Positions 9,696 through 18,083 of a DNA stretch of 64,000 nt are shown piece after piece. The notes beneath the pieces were generated by a model. It was not told the origin of the DNA. It searched no databases and saw only the letters and a list, made by a program, of their open reading frames with translations. The stretch lies in contig JBHJGQ010000017.1 in the NCBI GenBank assembly GCA_050331595.1, positions 98,415 to 162,414 of the forward strand, in the 5' to 3' direction. Source of the stretch: Opitutales bacterium (GTDB taxonomy: Bacteria > Verrucomicrobiota > Verrucomicrobiia > Opitutales > JBHJGM01). The translations under genes and the position numbers were made by a program. Positions within the stretch are counted from its first letter, which is position 1. Each line of letters begins with the position of its first letter.

Positions 9696-10069
9696 GCCGC
9701 GAATGCGTTTGCGTTACCCCATGAGGATACGGGTGTGGACCTTATTTTTCAAGTGCCGGGGTTAGCGGGGGCATCTTGGTCATTTTTAGCCAGCGGCTCA
9801 GGAAAAGGCCATACACCGACCGGCGTGGCGGGTGTATCCGAAGCTTGGAGACGGATCTGAGCCTGTGGATACGGTCCGAATGAAACTCATCTCAAGAACG
9901 TTTAGCCTTTGTTTGAGCTAAGGCCTGGCACGGGGCAAAAGCGGGTGGGACAGGCTCTGGCGGCGGATGAAAGGGGTTTGGCAGGAGGCATTTACGAGAC
10001 GTTGGCCTGCTCATCCATAAGGCGTCTAAGCCCTTGTCCATCAGGCATCCCCCGAGGGTTTAGGGTGCT

Positions 10070-10085
10070 TGGCATGGGGGCTGCT
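10070..10085 (+). promoter_or_regulatory. candidate sigma-54 (-24/-12) promoter of amtB-glnK
   Basis: TGGCAT-GGGGG-CTGCT versus consensus TGGCAC-N5-TTGCW. GG and GC have the canonical spacing. The site ends 58 nt upstream of the amtB ATG. Confidence 0.4.
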
Positions 10086-10142
10086 TCCGGTCTCCGTCAA
10101 CACCGAAGGCTACGTTCCCGTATCATTTACAACTCCCAACCT

Positions 10143-11609
10143 ATGAACAGACGAATGAAATCTAAACTCCCAAAACTTTGGATGCTGCTGGGGGCCTTTG
10201 CCCTGCTGGCGGGTTCCTGGACCAGCGCGTACGCGCAGCCCGATTTAGAAGGTGCGGCCGCAGAGGCTGAAGAGGCGGCCGAAGCGCTTGCCGAAGAGGC
10301 CGAAGCCGTCGTTGAAGGTTTTGCGCTGCCGGATGACGAACAGATCGCCGAGTACCGCGAACTGGCCGCGAAGTACGGTGAGTCTTTCGACTTCTTCACC
10401 ATCAGTACGCTGTGGACAGTCATCGCTGCGGCGCTGGTTTTCATCATGCACCTGGGCTTCGCCACGCTCGAGACCGGCTTCACTCAGCAGAAAAACGCGG
10501 TGAACATCATCTTCAAAAATGTGTTCATCATCTGCATGGGTATTCTGGCCTACGCCGCTTATGGGTTTAACGGCATGTATCCGGGCGACTTCAACGGGTT
10601 CTTTGCCGTGGGCAGTCCGTTCCTCGCCTCTGACTACGAAAACCAGACGCTCGCGTATGGTGGTATCGGACTGGCTATGACCGGTTGGGCCGACTTTATC
10701 TTCCAGGCGATGTTTGCCGCTACGGCCGCGACGATCGTTTCGGGCGCGGTGGCTGAGCGTATCAAGCTCCCCTCGTTCATGGTCATCGCGACCATTCTGG
10801 TGGCCTTCATTTACCCGATTACCGGTTCCTGGCAGTGGGGTGGCGGCTGGCTCAGTGCTGGCGGCTTCCACGACTTCGCCGGCTCGTCCCTGGTGCACGC
10901 CTTTGGCGGATTTGCCGCGTTGGGTGTTGTGCTGATTCTGGGGCCACGCAAGGGCAAGTACACCGCCGATGGCAAAATCAAGCCGATCCTGGGTCACTCC
11001 ATGCCGCTAGGCGCGGTGGGCGTTTTCCTGCTGTTCTTTGGCTGGTTTGGCTTCAATGGCGGCTCCGTTCTGTCTGCCGACCCTGAAGGCGTCTCGAAGG
11101 TCTTTGTGACGACCGCTCTGGCCGCCGCCGCCGGTGGCCTCGCCTCCATCACCGTTGCCTGGGGCATGGTGCGCAAGCCTGACATTTCGATGGCCCTCAA
11201 CGGTATCCTGGCCGGCTTGGTTGGTATCACCGCCGGTGCGGACTCGATGGGCCCGTGGAGCGCGGTTATTGTTGGTGCGATTGCCGGTGTCATCGTGGTC
11301 ATCTCCATCATCGGCTTTGACAAAGCAAAGATCGACGATCCGGTCGGTGCCATTTCCGTGCACGGGGTCTGTGGCGTTTGGGGTACGGTCGCCGTGGGTA
11401 TCTTCGGTACCGACAAGGATTTCGTCTGGCAGATCATCGGCACGCTGTCGATTTCGGCACTCGCGCTGGTGGCCGGTTTGGTGCTGGCCCTTGCCGTCAA
11501 GCCCATCATGGGTCTGCGAGTGGACGAGGATGAAGAGGCTCAGGGTCTGGACCTCGGCGAGCATGGTCAGGAAGCCTATCCGGACTTCCAGGCCACCACC
11601 TCCCACTAA
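10143..11609 (+). CDS. amtB: ammonium transporter
   Basis: 488 aa from ATG 10143 with a signal-like N-terminus. Multiple TM spans and Amt signatures (DFAGSSLVHAFGGFAALG, ISVHGVCGVWGTVAVGIFG). Followed by glnK. Confidence 0.93.
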   Translation: MNRRMKSKLPKLWMLLGAFALLAGSWTSAYAQPDLEGAAAEAEEAAEALAEEAEAVVEGFALPDDEQIAEYRELAAKYGESFDFFTISTLWTVIAAALVFIMHLGFATLETGFTQQKNAVNIIFKNVFIICMGILAYAAYGFNGMYPGDFNGFFAVGSPFLASDYENQTLAYGGIGLAMTGWADFIFQAMFAATAATIVSGAVAERIKLPSFMVIATILVAFIYPITGSWQWGGGWLSAGGFHDFAGSSLVHAFGGFAALGVVLILGPRKGKYTADGKIKPILGHSMPLGAVGVFLLFFGWFGFNGGSVLSADPEGVSKVFVTTALAAAAGGLASITVAWGMVRKPDISMALNGILAGLVGITAGADSMGPWSAVIVGAIAGVIVVISIIGFDKAKIDDPVGAISVHGVCGVWGTVAVGIFGTDKDFVWQIIGTLSISALALVAGLVLALAVKPIMGLRVDEDEEAQGLDLGEHGQEAYPDFQATTSH

Positions 11610-11640
11610 TACGGCGATTCAAGCAACCATTGGTACTTGA

Positions 11641-12024
<384 letters not shown>

Positions 12025-12086
12025 CCCGGCCGCCCTCCCTCGTTGAGCCCGCTGTGACTGCGGGCGCCCCTTTCCGGCAAAACCAA

Positions 12087-12119
12087 ACCGGGTCCCTTCG
12101 CGGGGCCCGGTTTTTTTTT
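12087..12119 (+). terminator. intrinsic terminator after glnK
   Basis: 10-bp stem ACCGGGTCCC / GGGGCCCGGT (one G-U pair), 5-nt loop, then a run of nine T. Confidence 0.8.
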
Positions 12120-12300
12120 GCGCGGTGCGTGGGAAAGGACGGGTCGCCTCTTTCGGCGTATGGAGACCGCGCGCTACGGAATCGCGGAGGCCGGTTGCTT
12201 GCACGCCTTCTGCTTCAAGCGGTTCGCCGGTGGTCGCACGCGCTCGTACTCGGTCTGCGAAGTCCGGTTTTAGGCGCCCAACGTCAAGGGAGCTACCCGG

Positions 12301-13290
12301 TCAATCGGTGTAGCCCTCGGGGTGGGCGGCGTGCCAGCGCCAGGCTGTTTCGACGATCGATTCGATGTCGGGAAATTGAATCTGCCAGCCCAGCTCGGTG
12401 GTCGCGCGGGTGTTGTCAGCGTAGAGGGCCGGGGGGTCGCCGGGGCGGCGGGCGTCTTCGATGACGGGCACTTTCTTTCCTGACACCGTCTCCACGGCGG
12501 CAATGACTTCGCGCACGGAGTACGGCCGGCCCGTGCCCAGGTTGCAGAAAAACTGGTAGCCGGGCTCTGCGAGCCGGTCGAAAACAGCGATGTGGGCGCG
12601 GGAAAGATCGTCGACGTGCACGTAGTCGCGCAGGCAGGTACCGTCGGGGGTATCGTAGTCCGTGCCGAAGATTTTGATGTGGTCGCGGCGGCCTGTGGCC
12701 GCGTCAACGATCAGCGGGATGAGGTGGGTCTCCGGGTTGTGGTGCTCGCCGATGGTGCCGTCAACGGCCGCCCCCGCTGCGTTGAAGTAGCGGAAGGCCG
12801 CGAAGCTGAAGTCATCCGAGCGGGCGAGGGCTTTGAGCACGTTCTCAACGTCGAGCTTGGTTTGGCCATAGGGGTTGATGGGTGCCTGCGGCATGTCTTC
12901 GACGATGGGCAGGCGCTCGGGCACACCGTAGGTCGCGCAGGTCGAGGAGAAGACGAAGCGCTTCACGCTTTCGGCGAGCATCGACTCGAGCAGGGAGACG
13001 GTGGCGCAGAGGTTGTTCTGGTAGTACTTGAGGGGCTTCTGGACGGACTCGCCGACGTAGGCGAAGGCCGCGAAGTGCATGACCAATTCGATCTGCTGCT
13101 CGCGCAAAATGGGCCGTACGACCTGCGGGTCACCCAGGTCTCCGTTGAAAAAAGGCACATCGGCGTCCACGGCACGGCGATGCCCATAGACGAGATTATC
13201 GAGCACGATCGGCGTGTGACCTGCGGCTTTGAGCTGCCGCACACAGTGGCTGCCAATGTATCCTGCTCCGCCAACAACAAGCACTTTCAT
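12301..13290 (-). CDS. galE: UDP-glucose 4-epimerase
   Basis: 329 aa from ATG 13290. MKVLVVGGAGYIGSH Rossmann motif, catalytic YxxxK in NPYGQTKL, full-length GalE collinearity. The ORF extension to 13434 is spurious. Confidence 0.9.
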   Translation of the reverse strand: MKVLVVGGAGYIGSHCVRQLKAAGHTPIVLDNLVYGHRRAVDADVPFFNGDLGDPQVVRPILREQQIELVMHFAAFAYVGESVQKPLKYYQNNLCATVSLLESMLAESVKRFVFSSTCATYGVPERLPIVEDMPQAPINPYGQTKLDVENVLKALARSDDFSFAAFRYFNAAGAAVDGTIGEHHNPETHLIPLIVDAATGRRDHIKIFGTDYDTPDGTCLRDYVHVDDLSRAHIAVFDRLAEPGYQFFCNLGTGRPYSVREVIAAVETVSGKKVPVIEDARRPGDPPALYADNTRATTELGWQIQFPDIESIVETAWRWHAAHPEGYTD

Positions 13291-13433
13291 GGAATCTTGC
13301 AGGCTGCAAAGGCCCTGAATCGGGCGCAAGATCAAAGGGCGCAACGGCGGCTGCGGCGGGGTTTGACACGCTTCGCAAAGCTCTCTAGCAGGACCGAATC
13401 GAAGCGACCGAAGCAAGCGCAGGCACGAGGGCA

Positions 13434-14678
13434 ATGAGAGAGCGAGTGGTCATCACGGGGATCGGCTTGACCGCCCCTAACGGCAACAACCTGAGCGAGT
13501 TCCGCGAGAATTTGCTGGCGGGCAAGGCCAACTTGCAGCGCATCCCCGTGCGTCACATGGGCGACCTGCCGGCAGGCGTCTGCGACTTTGACACCATGCG
13601 CTACCAAAAGCGCAAGGAAGTGCGCAACGGCACCCGGGCCGGGAGTATCGCCATTTATTGCGCGCGCGAGGCGATTGAGCATTCCGGTCTGGATTGGGAG
13701 CGCGTGGATTCATCCCGCGTGGGCGTGTACGTCGGCATCACCGAACACGGCAACGTGGAGACCGAGAACGAGGTCTTCAATCTGGGTCAGTTCGACAACG
13801 AGGTGAAGTTTTGGAATCACCACCACAACCCGCGCACCATCGCCAACAACCCGGCGGGCGAGATTACCCTGAACCTGCACATCACCGGCCCGCATTACAC
13901 GATTGGGGCGGCCTGCGCGGCGGGCAACGCCGGTCTGATTCAGGCGGCGCAGATGCTCACCTTGGGCGAATGCGACCTGGCGATCGCCGGCGGGGTCAGC
14001 GAGAGCATCCACACCTTTGGGATTTTCGCGGGCTTCAAGAGCCAGGGAGCGCTGGCCGAGCACGAGGACGTCAATCAGGCCAGCCGTCCGTTTGACGCTG
14101 GGCGCAACGGGATCGTCGTCAGCGAGGGAGGCTGCCTCTATACGGTGGAGCGCCTGAGCGACGCGCAGGCCCGGGGCGCGACGATTCATGCGGAAATCAT
14201 CGGCTGGGCGATGAACTCCGATGCGACCGACGCGGTTTTGCCCAATCCCGAGCGTCAGGCCCAGTGCATGGCTCGCGCGATCGAACGTGCCGGGCTCAAT
14301 CCGGAGGACATCGATCTGGTGAACACACACGCGCCCTCGACCCCGCAGGGCGACCCCCAGGAAATGGACGCGGTGCGGACCGTTTTTAGCAATGGCGCGC
14401 GGCCGATGGTGAACAATACCAAGAGCTATATCGGCCACTGCATGGGGGCTGCCGGAGCGCTCGAGTTGGCCGGAAATCTGCCGTCGTTTAAGGACCGGAT
14501 GGTTCATCCGACCATCAACGTCGAAAAGCTTGACCCAACCTGTGAATTTCCCAGCCTTGTCGTCAATCAGCCCCGACAAGCTGGCCGTTTGGAGGTCATC
14601 CTGAACAATTCGTTTGGGATGCTTGGAACGAATTCAGCCTTGATTGTGAGGTGCTTTGACGAAACCGCAACTTGCTGA
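13434..14678 (+). CDS. beta-ketoacyl-ACP synthase (KAS I/II type, specialised)
   Basis: 414 aa. Active-site Cys in IGAACAAGNAG, His in NTHAPSTPQGD, His in SYIGHCMGAAGALE. Confidence 0.88.
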   Translation: MRERVVITGIGLTAPNGNNLSEFRENLLAGKANLQRIPVRHMGDLPAGVCDFDTMRYQKRKEVRNGTRAGSIAIYCAREAIEHSGLDWERVDSSRVGVYVGITEHGNVETENEVFNLGQFDNEVKFWNHHHNPRTIANNPAGEITLNLHITGPHYTIGAACAAGNAGLIQAAQMLTLGECDLAIAGGVSESIHTFGIFAGFKSQGALAEHEDVNQASRPFDAGRNGIVVSEGGCLYTVERLSDAQARGATIHAEIIGWAMNSDATDAVLPNPERQAQCMARAIERAGLNPEDIDLVNTHAPSTPQGDPQEMDAVRTVFSNGARPMVNNTKSYIGHCMGAAGALELAGNLPSFKDRMVHPTINVEKLDPTCEFPSLVVNQPRQAGRLEVILNNSFGMLGTNSALIVRCFDETATC

Positions 14679-14743
14679 GCAGGAGAGACTCAGCGAACGA
14701 TGAGCGCAACGTCGGAGCCCTCCGGGCGCACCAGCAAAGGACT

Positions 14744-15004
14744 ATGAACAGAGAACGCGTTAAGGACATTATCCTCAACATAATCGCGGATATCTACCCC
14801 GAGGTGGAGGCGATGAAAGTGGACCCGGCAGTGCGTCTGCGCGATCAGCTCGACCTCGACTCGATGGACTTTTTGGACATCGTGATGGCGCTGCGCAAGG
14901 AGCACGGCATCGAGGTGCCCGAGCCCGATTACCCTCGGCTGGCCACCCTGGAAAGCTGCGCTGACTACCTGCTGCCCAAGTTTGAGGCGACCACCGCCGG
15001 CTAG
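14744..15004 (+). CDS. acyl carrier protein (dedicated, non-AcpP type)
   Basis: 86 aa from ATG 14744, with AAAGGA upstream. Phosphopantetheine-attachment context DQLDLDSMDFLDIVMAL. Confidence 0.8.
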   Translation: MNRERVKDIILNIIADIYPEVEAMKVDPAVRLRDQLDLDSMDFLDIVMALRKEHGIEVPEPDYPRLATLESCADYLLPKFEATTAG

Positions 15005-15027
15005 GCGCGGCCGGAGCCCTGGTTACG

Positions 15028-16470
15028 TTGGCTGCGCTGGACGGGGAACGCTTCGACTGCGTCGTCATTGGCGCTGGCATGTCCGGTCTGGCCGCCGGGA
15101 TTCGCTTGGCGATGTTCGACCAGCGCACGCTGGTGGTGGAGCGTCACAACGTCGCCGGCGGGCTCAACAGCTTCTACAGCTTCGACGGGCGCAAGTACGA
15201 TGTTGGCCTGCATGCGCTGACGAATTTCGCCCCGGCACGGGCACGCGGACGGCCGCTGACCAAGCTGCTGCGCCAGCTGCGCCTGAGCTGGGAGGACCTT
15301 GATTTGGCCGAGCAGTGCGGCTCGCGGATTGCGATTCCGGGCTGCGACCTGCGCTTCACCAACGACTTTGCGCTGCTGGAAAGCGAAGTGGCGCGCGCGT
15401 TCCCGGCGCAGGCGGATGGTTTTCGATCCCTGGCCCAGGCTGTCCGCGAGACCGACGAGACCGCGCTCGACGTGGAGGCAGTTTCCGCGCGGTCGGTCAT
15501 GGGGCTGCACCTCAGCGACCCCGTGCTGGTAGATATGCTGCTGGTGCCGCTGATGTTTTACGGCAGCGCGCGCGAGCACGACATGGACTGGCCGCAGTTT
15601 TGCATTCTGTTCAAGGCGCTCTTTTTTGAGGGGTTCGCACGGCCATTTGAAGGGGTGCGGCGGATTGTGCGCTTGCTCAACCAGCGGTTCAAAGAGGTGG
15701 GCGGGGTGCGCCAGATGAAGTGCGGCGTTTGCCAGGTTGTCGACGCGGGGGACGGACTGCGCGTCGAATTGGAAACAGGCGAGACCGTGTACGCCGGCCA
15801 GGTGCTTTCCTCGGTCGGTAAAGTGGAAACGGAGCGGCTCTTGCGGGGCGGGTCGGACCTACCGGGCGAGGCGGACAAAGCGGACGAGGCGGAGGTGGGC
15901 CGACTCTCGTTTGTGGAGACCATCACCATCACGCGCAGTCAGCCGGCGGCGTTTGGCTGGGACGAGACGATTGTCTTTTTCAACGACAGCGAGCGTTTTC
16001 ACTACGAGCGTCCCGACGGTTTGGTGGACCCGCGCAGCGGCGTCATCTGCCTGCCCAACAACTACCGCTACAGCGACGGACGGACCTTGCCCGAAGGCGT
16101 TTTTCGGCTGACCGCGTTGGCGAGTTATCCGGGTTGGACGGCGCTGCCGGAGGAAGCTTACCAGGCAGCCAAGGCACACTGGTTCGAGCTACTCCAGCGC
16201 AAGGCGCGCAGCTTTCTCCCGCCGGTAGACAACGCGCGCCTGACCGACGAAACGGTCACCACCGACATGTTTACGCCGCGAACCATCGAAAAATATACCG
16301 GACACTTGGGCGGGGCCGTCTACGGCGCGCCGGAAAAGGCGCGACGCGGCGAAACCTCAAACGGCAAAGTTCATTTGATCGGTACGGACCAGGGCTTTTT
16401 GGGCATCACCGGGGCGATGCTCTCGGGCATCACCATCGCCAACTTGAAGGTCCTGTCGGCGTCCGTCTGA
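15028..16470 (+). CDS. FAD/NAD(P)-dependent oxidoreductase (phytoene-desaturase / amine-oxidase-like)
   Basis: 480 aa with TTG start. N-terminal dinucleotide fold FDCVVIGAGMSGLAAGIRLA ... VVERHNVAGGLNSF. Confidence 0.8.
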   Translation: MAALDGERFDCVVIGAGMSGLAAGIRLAMFDQRTLVVERHNVAGGLNSFYSFDGRKYDVGLHALTNFAPARARGRPLTKLLRQLRLSWEDLDLAEQCGSRIAIPGCDLRFTNDFALLESEVARAFPAQADGFRSLAQAVRETDETALDVEAVSARSVMGLHLSDPVLVDMLLVPLMFYGSAREHDMDWPQFCILFKALFFEGFARPFEGVRRIVRLLNQRFKEVGGVRQMKCGVCQVVDAGDGLRVELETGETVYAGQVLSSVGKVETERLLRGGSDLPGEADKADEAEVGRLSFVETITITRSQPAAFGWDETIVFFNDSERFHYERPDGLVDPRSGVICLPNNYRYSDGRTLPEGVFRLTALASYPGWTALPEEAYQAAKAHWFELLQRKARSFLPPVDNARLTDETVTTDMFTPRTIEKYTGHLGGAVYGAPEKARRGETSNGKVHLIGTDQGFLGITGAMLSGITIANLKVLSASV

Positions 16471-16481
16471 GGGGAGCCAGG

Positions 16482-16610
16482 TCAATCGACGGAGAGCACG
16501 TAGAGCGTGTGCAGAACCGCGTAGGTCACGACGGCCATAATGACCCAGATCGTCGGGATGCGGAACGTGCCGCGGCTGGGCGTCTTCGGCTCTTCGGGGT
16601 GCTCGGACAT
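16482..16610 (-). CDS. candidate 42-aa single-TM micro-protein
   Basis: Below the 60-aa cutoff of the ORF track. ATG..TGA encodes MSEHPEEPKTPSRGTFRIPTIWVIMAVVTYAVLHTLYVLSVD. Third codon positions are almost all G/C, as in neighbouring genes. One clear hydrophobic helix. No obvious SD. Confidence 0.45.
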   Translation of the reverse strand: MSEHPEEPKTPSRGTFRIPTIWVIMAVVTYAVLHTLYVLSVD

Positions 16611-16713
16611 GAAATTCGTGGGGTCAATCCAGGCTCCAGCGCGGCCTTGAATTTCTCAAGCGCCGATTGCATTTTGATCGGTCGAGGCTTTGGCTGATTT
16701 TCAGAAACCTTTG

Positions 16714-17061
16714 ATGCCTGATTCCATTTGCATGCACGACCGTGCTTCCGTGCGCCCACTGCTGACGGGCGAAGGGGAGGGCGAATTCAGTCCGGATGAG
16801 GCGACCGCTACGCTGGAGCTGCGCGAGCCGCCCTGGCAGGTCGTTGTGCTCAACGATCCGGTCAACCTCATGTCCTACGTGGTGATGGTGTTTCGCAAGG
16901 TTTTCGGCTACTCACGCGAACGGGCGCGCAAGCACATGCTGGAGGTGCACCACGACGGGCGCTCCATCCTGTGGACCGGTGCACGCGAGCGGGCCGAACA
17001 CTTCGTACACCAGCTCCAGCAGTGGCAGCTCAGCAGCAAGGTCGAGCGCGGTGATGAGTGA
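16714..17061 (+). CDS. clpS: ATP-dependent Clp protease adaptor ClpS
   Basis: Core WQVVVLNDPVNLMSYVVMVFRKVFGYSRERARKHMLEVHHDGRSILWTGARERAEHFVHQL is ClpS. Start is uncertain: ATG 16714 or TTG 16690. Confidence 0.88.
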   Translation: MPDSICMHDRASVRPLLTGEGEGEFSPDEATATLELREPPWQVVVLNDPVNLMSYVVMVFRKVFGYSRERARKHMLEVHHDGRSILWTGARERAEHFVHQLQQWQLSSKVERGDE

Positions 17062-17617
17062 GGTGTCGATTCCCGTCAGTCCGGCTCTGCTGGCACCGAT
17101 TCACGACCTGGTCGGGTCGGTGGTCCGCTCGATGGGCGGCGACCTGGCGTTGAATGAGACCCACGGCTCGGGCGATGCCGAACTCGACGCGGCCTGGGAG
17201 TCGAGTCTGATCGAGGGCCTGCAAGACGACTGCCTGCACCTGGAGTCGATGCTGCGCGCCAGCGATGACGGCAAAGGGCAGTTGCGGATTCCGCTGGACC
17301 AGGGTGAGGCGATTCTGCGCGCATCCTCGGCGGTGCGCCTGCGGCTGCGCCAGACGCTGCTGCGCAACGTCGATGATCTGGTGCTCGAGCGCGGCGAAGT
17401 CGATCTGCAGGAACTCGCCACGCTCGAACAGCGCGGCTACACCGGCTACGTTTTTCTGGCGAACCTGCAGGAAGTCATCGTGCGCTTCCTCGACCCGGAA
17501 GCTACCACCGATATCCCTGAAGAAATCGAAGACCCGTACGACTTTGAGACCGACGCCGATGAACCCGATGACCGCGAGGACGCCGACGAGGATTTCGACG
17601 GGAAAAATTGGGGCTGA
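17054..17617 (+). CDS. acidic hypothetical protein, DUF2017-like ClpS neighbour
   Basis: 187 aa from ATG 17054, overlapping the clpS stop by 8 nt. Segment LRIPLDQGEAILRASSAVRLRLRQTLL resembles DUF2017, a family I recall as a clpS neighbour in Actinobacteria. Strongly acidic C-terminal tail. Confidence 0.55.
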   Translation: MSEVSIPVSPALLAPIHDLVGSVVRSMGGDLALNETHGSGDAELDAAWESSLIEGLQDDCLHLESMLRASDDGKGQLRIPLDQGEAILRASSAVRLRLRQTLLRNVDDLVLERGEVDLQELATLEQRGYTGYVFLANLQEVIVRFLDPEATTDIPEEIEDPYDFETDADEPDDREDADEDFDGKNWG

Positions 17618-17902
17618 TGCTTTCCGCTGCGCGGCGCAGCGTTGGCTGGAGACGATGTTGTTCGTTTTAGCAGCGATGCCGGCACCGGCCTACTCGCATC
17701 CATGGCGCGGGTGATCCGCAAGCATTGGCGGGGCAGAGGCAGGTTCTTTGGGTGTTTGCAAAACCCGGTGTGTGCCGATAGTTTTGCATTAACGAACCCC
17801 CTGCAGTGTTCGTGGCAACTAACACCGTTCCTCTCCTTATGTTTTTCAAACGGGAGCCTTGGAGCCGGGGTGGCTGCCATGCCGTAAACCGGAAGGCAAA
17901 AG

Positions 17903-17939
17903 CTTCGCGAAGGGCGCCCACCTTACCTTATAAGGTAAG
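17903..17939. repeat. two perfect palindromes in a long convergent spacer
   Basis: CTTCGCGAAG (17903..17912) and CTTACCTTATAAGGTAAG (17922..17939). Both are exact reverse-complement palindromes read directly from the sequence. Confidence 0.9.
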
Positions 17940-18083
17940 AGAACGATGCTTCGGACGGCACAGGCGGGGGGTTCGTTTTTTCGGGGGATCCCGACAGAGC
18001 GTCGAGGCTGAACATGGGGCGAATGGTATGGGTCAGCTAAACGAGGTCGCTCGATCACCGTGCCCCTGAATGAAGCTCGGTGG

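Noticed and set aside
9926-9942. A second TGGCAC (TGGCACGGGGCAAAAGC) as an alternative sigma-54 promoter
   Set aside because: The GC of the would-be -12 element is displaced by 2 nt from canonical spacing and lacks the TTGC context. The site at 10070..10085 fits much better.
9909-10142. N-terminal ORF extensions upstream of recognisable starts (amtB 9909, leuS to 22580, galE to 13434, fmt 33301, secG 36156, 47369 and others)
   Set aside because: The extensions overlap neighbouring genes or encode Arg/Pro-rich sequence with no signal or domain. Internal ATGs give N-termini that match family norms or signal peptides.
12054-12464. 136-aa ORF in the glnK-galE spacer
   Set aside because: It runs through the glnK terminator and into the galE 3' end. 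The product is Arg/Gly-rich with no motifs.
16526-16759. 77-aa minus-strand ORF in the flavoenzyme-clpS spacer
   Set aside because: The product is basic and low-complexity (..SRRRPAAARSASRRSGS..). It overlaps the clpS 5' region and the better-supported 42-codon ORF in another frame.
17610-17700. GGGGCTGAT, resembling a tmRNA 5' end, followed by a ..TTTAGCAGC.. string
   Set aside because: GGGGCTGA is the last codons plus stop of the preceding CDS. There is no tag reading frame ending in a stop after the Ala codons, and no T-arm/CCA-type 3' end (GGTTCGAATCC..CCACCA) within 400 nt on either strand.
17880-17915. CCGGAAGG tetraloop-like string reminiscent of SRP RNA helix 8
   Set aside because: The flanking sequence does not form the conserved symmetric or asymmetric loops (no AGCAGC partner strand, poor base pairing). 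The similarity is limited to 8 nt.
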